From Candidatus Saccharimonadota bacterium (lineage in GTDB: Bacteria > Patescibacteriota > Patescibacteriia > 2-12-FULL-60-25): 32,000 nt of DNA. The translations under genes and the position numbers were made by a program. The notes under the pieces are model-generated. The model saw nothing but the letters and a program-made list of their open reading frames with translations, had not been told where the DNA came from and did no database searches. This document shows positions 31,642-32,000 of the stretch, in pieces; positions within the stretch are counted from its first letter, which is position 1, and the number at the start of each line of letters is the position of its first letter. The stretch spans positions 270,001 through 302,000 of the forward strand of contig OY970357.1 of NCBI GenBank assembly GCA_963718585.1, read 5' to 3'.

Positions 31642-32000
31642 ATGGGGGAGAATGGGGAAGGAGTGAGTACCGAACGGATCCGTCCGAACATTTGCCCAAT
31701 GTGCCTCTCGCCACTGACGTTGCAGGGGCGCTGCGTCATGCCGGACTGCGCGTCGAATATGCTCTGCCCGCATTGTAAGATGCGGTTGAACGTCTTTCAG
31801 CAGTGCGTCGAACAGACGTGTCCGAGATACGATCCAACGATCCGGACGTCACCGATCAGCGAGGAACAGGATTTTTTTCTGGAACAGACCCTCGTGCGGA
31901 CGTGTTGCGCAGCGTGCGGCGAGATCGCCAAACGCGGCGCTATCCGGTGTGGGAGCTGTGGCAAAGGGGAATCATTCGCCTCCATGCCGCCGCCTCGCTC
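31642..32000 (+). CDS. multi-CxxC zinc-ribbon protein, 3' end cut by window edge
   Basis: Not in the ORF track. Hand translation from ATG 31642 is stop-free to position 32000: ..ICPMCLSPL..CVMPDC..LCPHCKMRL..CVEQTC...CCAACGEIA..IRCGSCGKG.. Start uncertain (GTG at 31621 or 31663 are also in frame). Confidence 0.45.
   Translation, partial: MGENGEGVSTERIRPNICPMCLSPLTLQGRCVMPDCASNMLCPHCKMRLNVFQQCVEQTCPRYDPTIRTSPISEEQDFFLEQTLVRTCCAACGEIAKRGAIRCGSCGKGESFASMPPPR

Overview
High-GC (roughly 58-60% by eye), gene-dense bacterial chromosomal window with short intergenic gaps and several ATGA start/stop overlaps. It is mostly housekeeping: M16 peptidase, tpiA, rpmG, uppS, rarA, a class B PBP plus murF, engB, an MgtA-type P-type ATPase, ROK kinase plus TreT-like trehalose synthase, and six tRNA genes that all encode CCA. 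Many small or secreted hypothetical proteins are interspersed. The gene content and small-protein load would fit a Patescibacteria/CPR-like genome, but that is inference only. I found no CRISPR array, reverse transcriptase, integrase, transposase, or canonical defence or toxin-antitoxin operon. The most unusual signal is non-coding. At two unrelated tRNA genes (tRNA-Glu at 16750 and tRNA-Trp at 25343), the last 19-22 nt of the tRNA (T-loop to CCA) is repeated about 180 bp downstream. These repeats bracket a homologous, ORF-free module of about 130 nt with conserved blocks and a hairpin carrying compensatory changes, and each tRNA-tail copy has its own terminator hairpin. A truncated third copy lies at 25636-25702. 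The tRNA-Trp locus also has a degenerate tRNA-Trp pseudogene interrupted by palindromes, and a small GIY-YIG nuclease gene wedged between the pseudogene and the intact tRNA. Secondary candidates are a membrane protein / SpoT-like HD hydrolase / TM0106 RecB-like nuclease operon, a tandem pair of divergent small paralogs, a CTAG-rich inverted repeat, and recurrent -10 boxes 6-8 nt upstream of ATGs that suggest leaderless mRNAs. All functional calls rest on motif recognition by eye. No database search was run.
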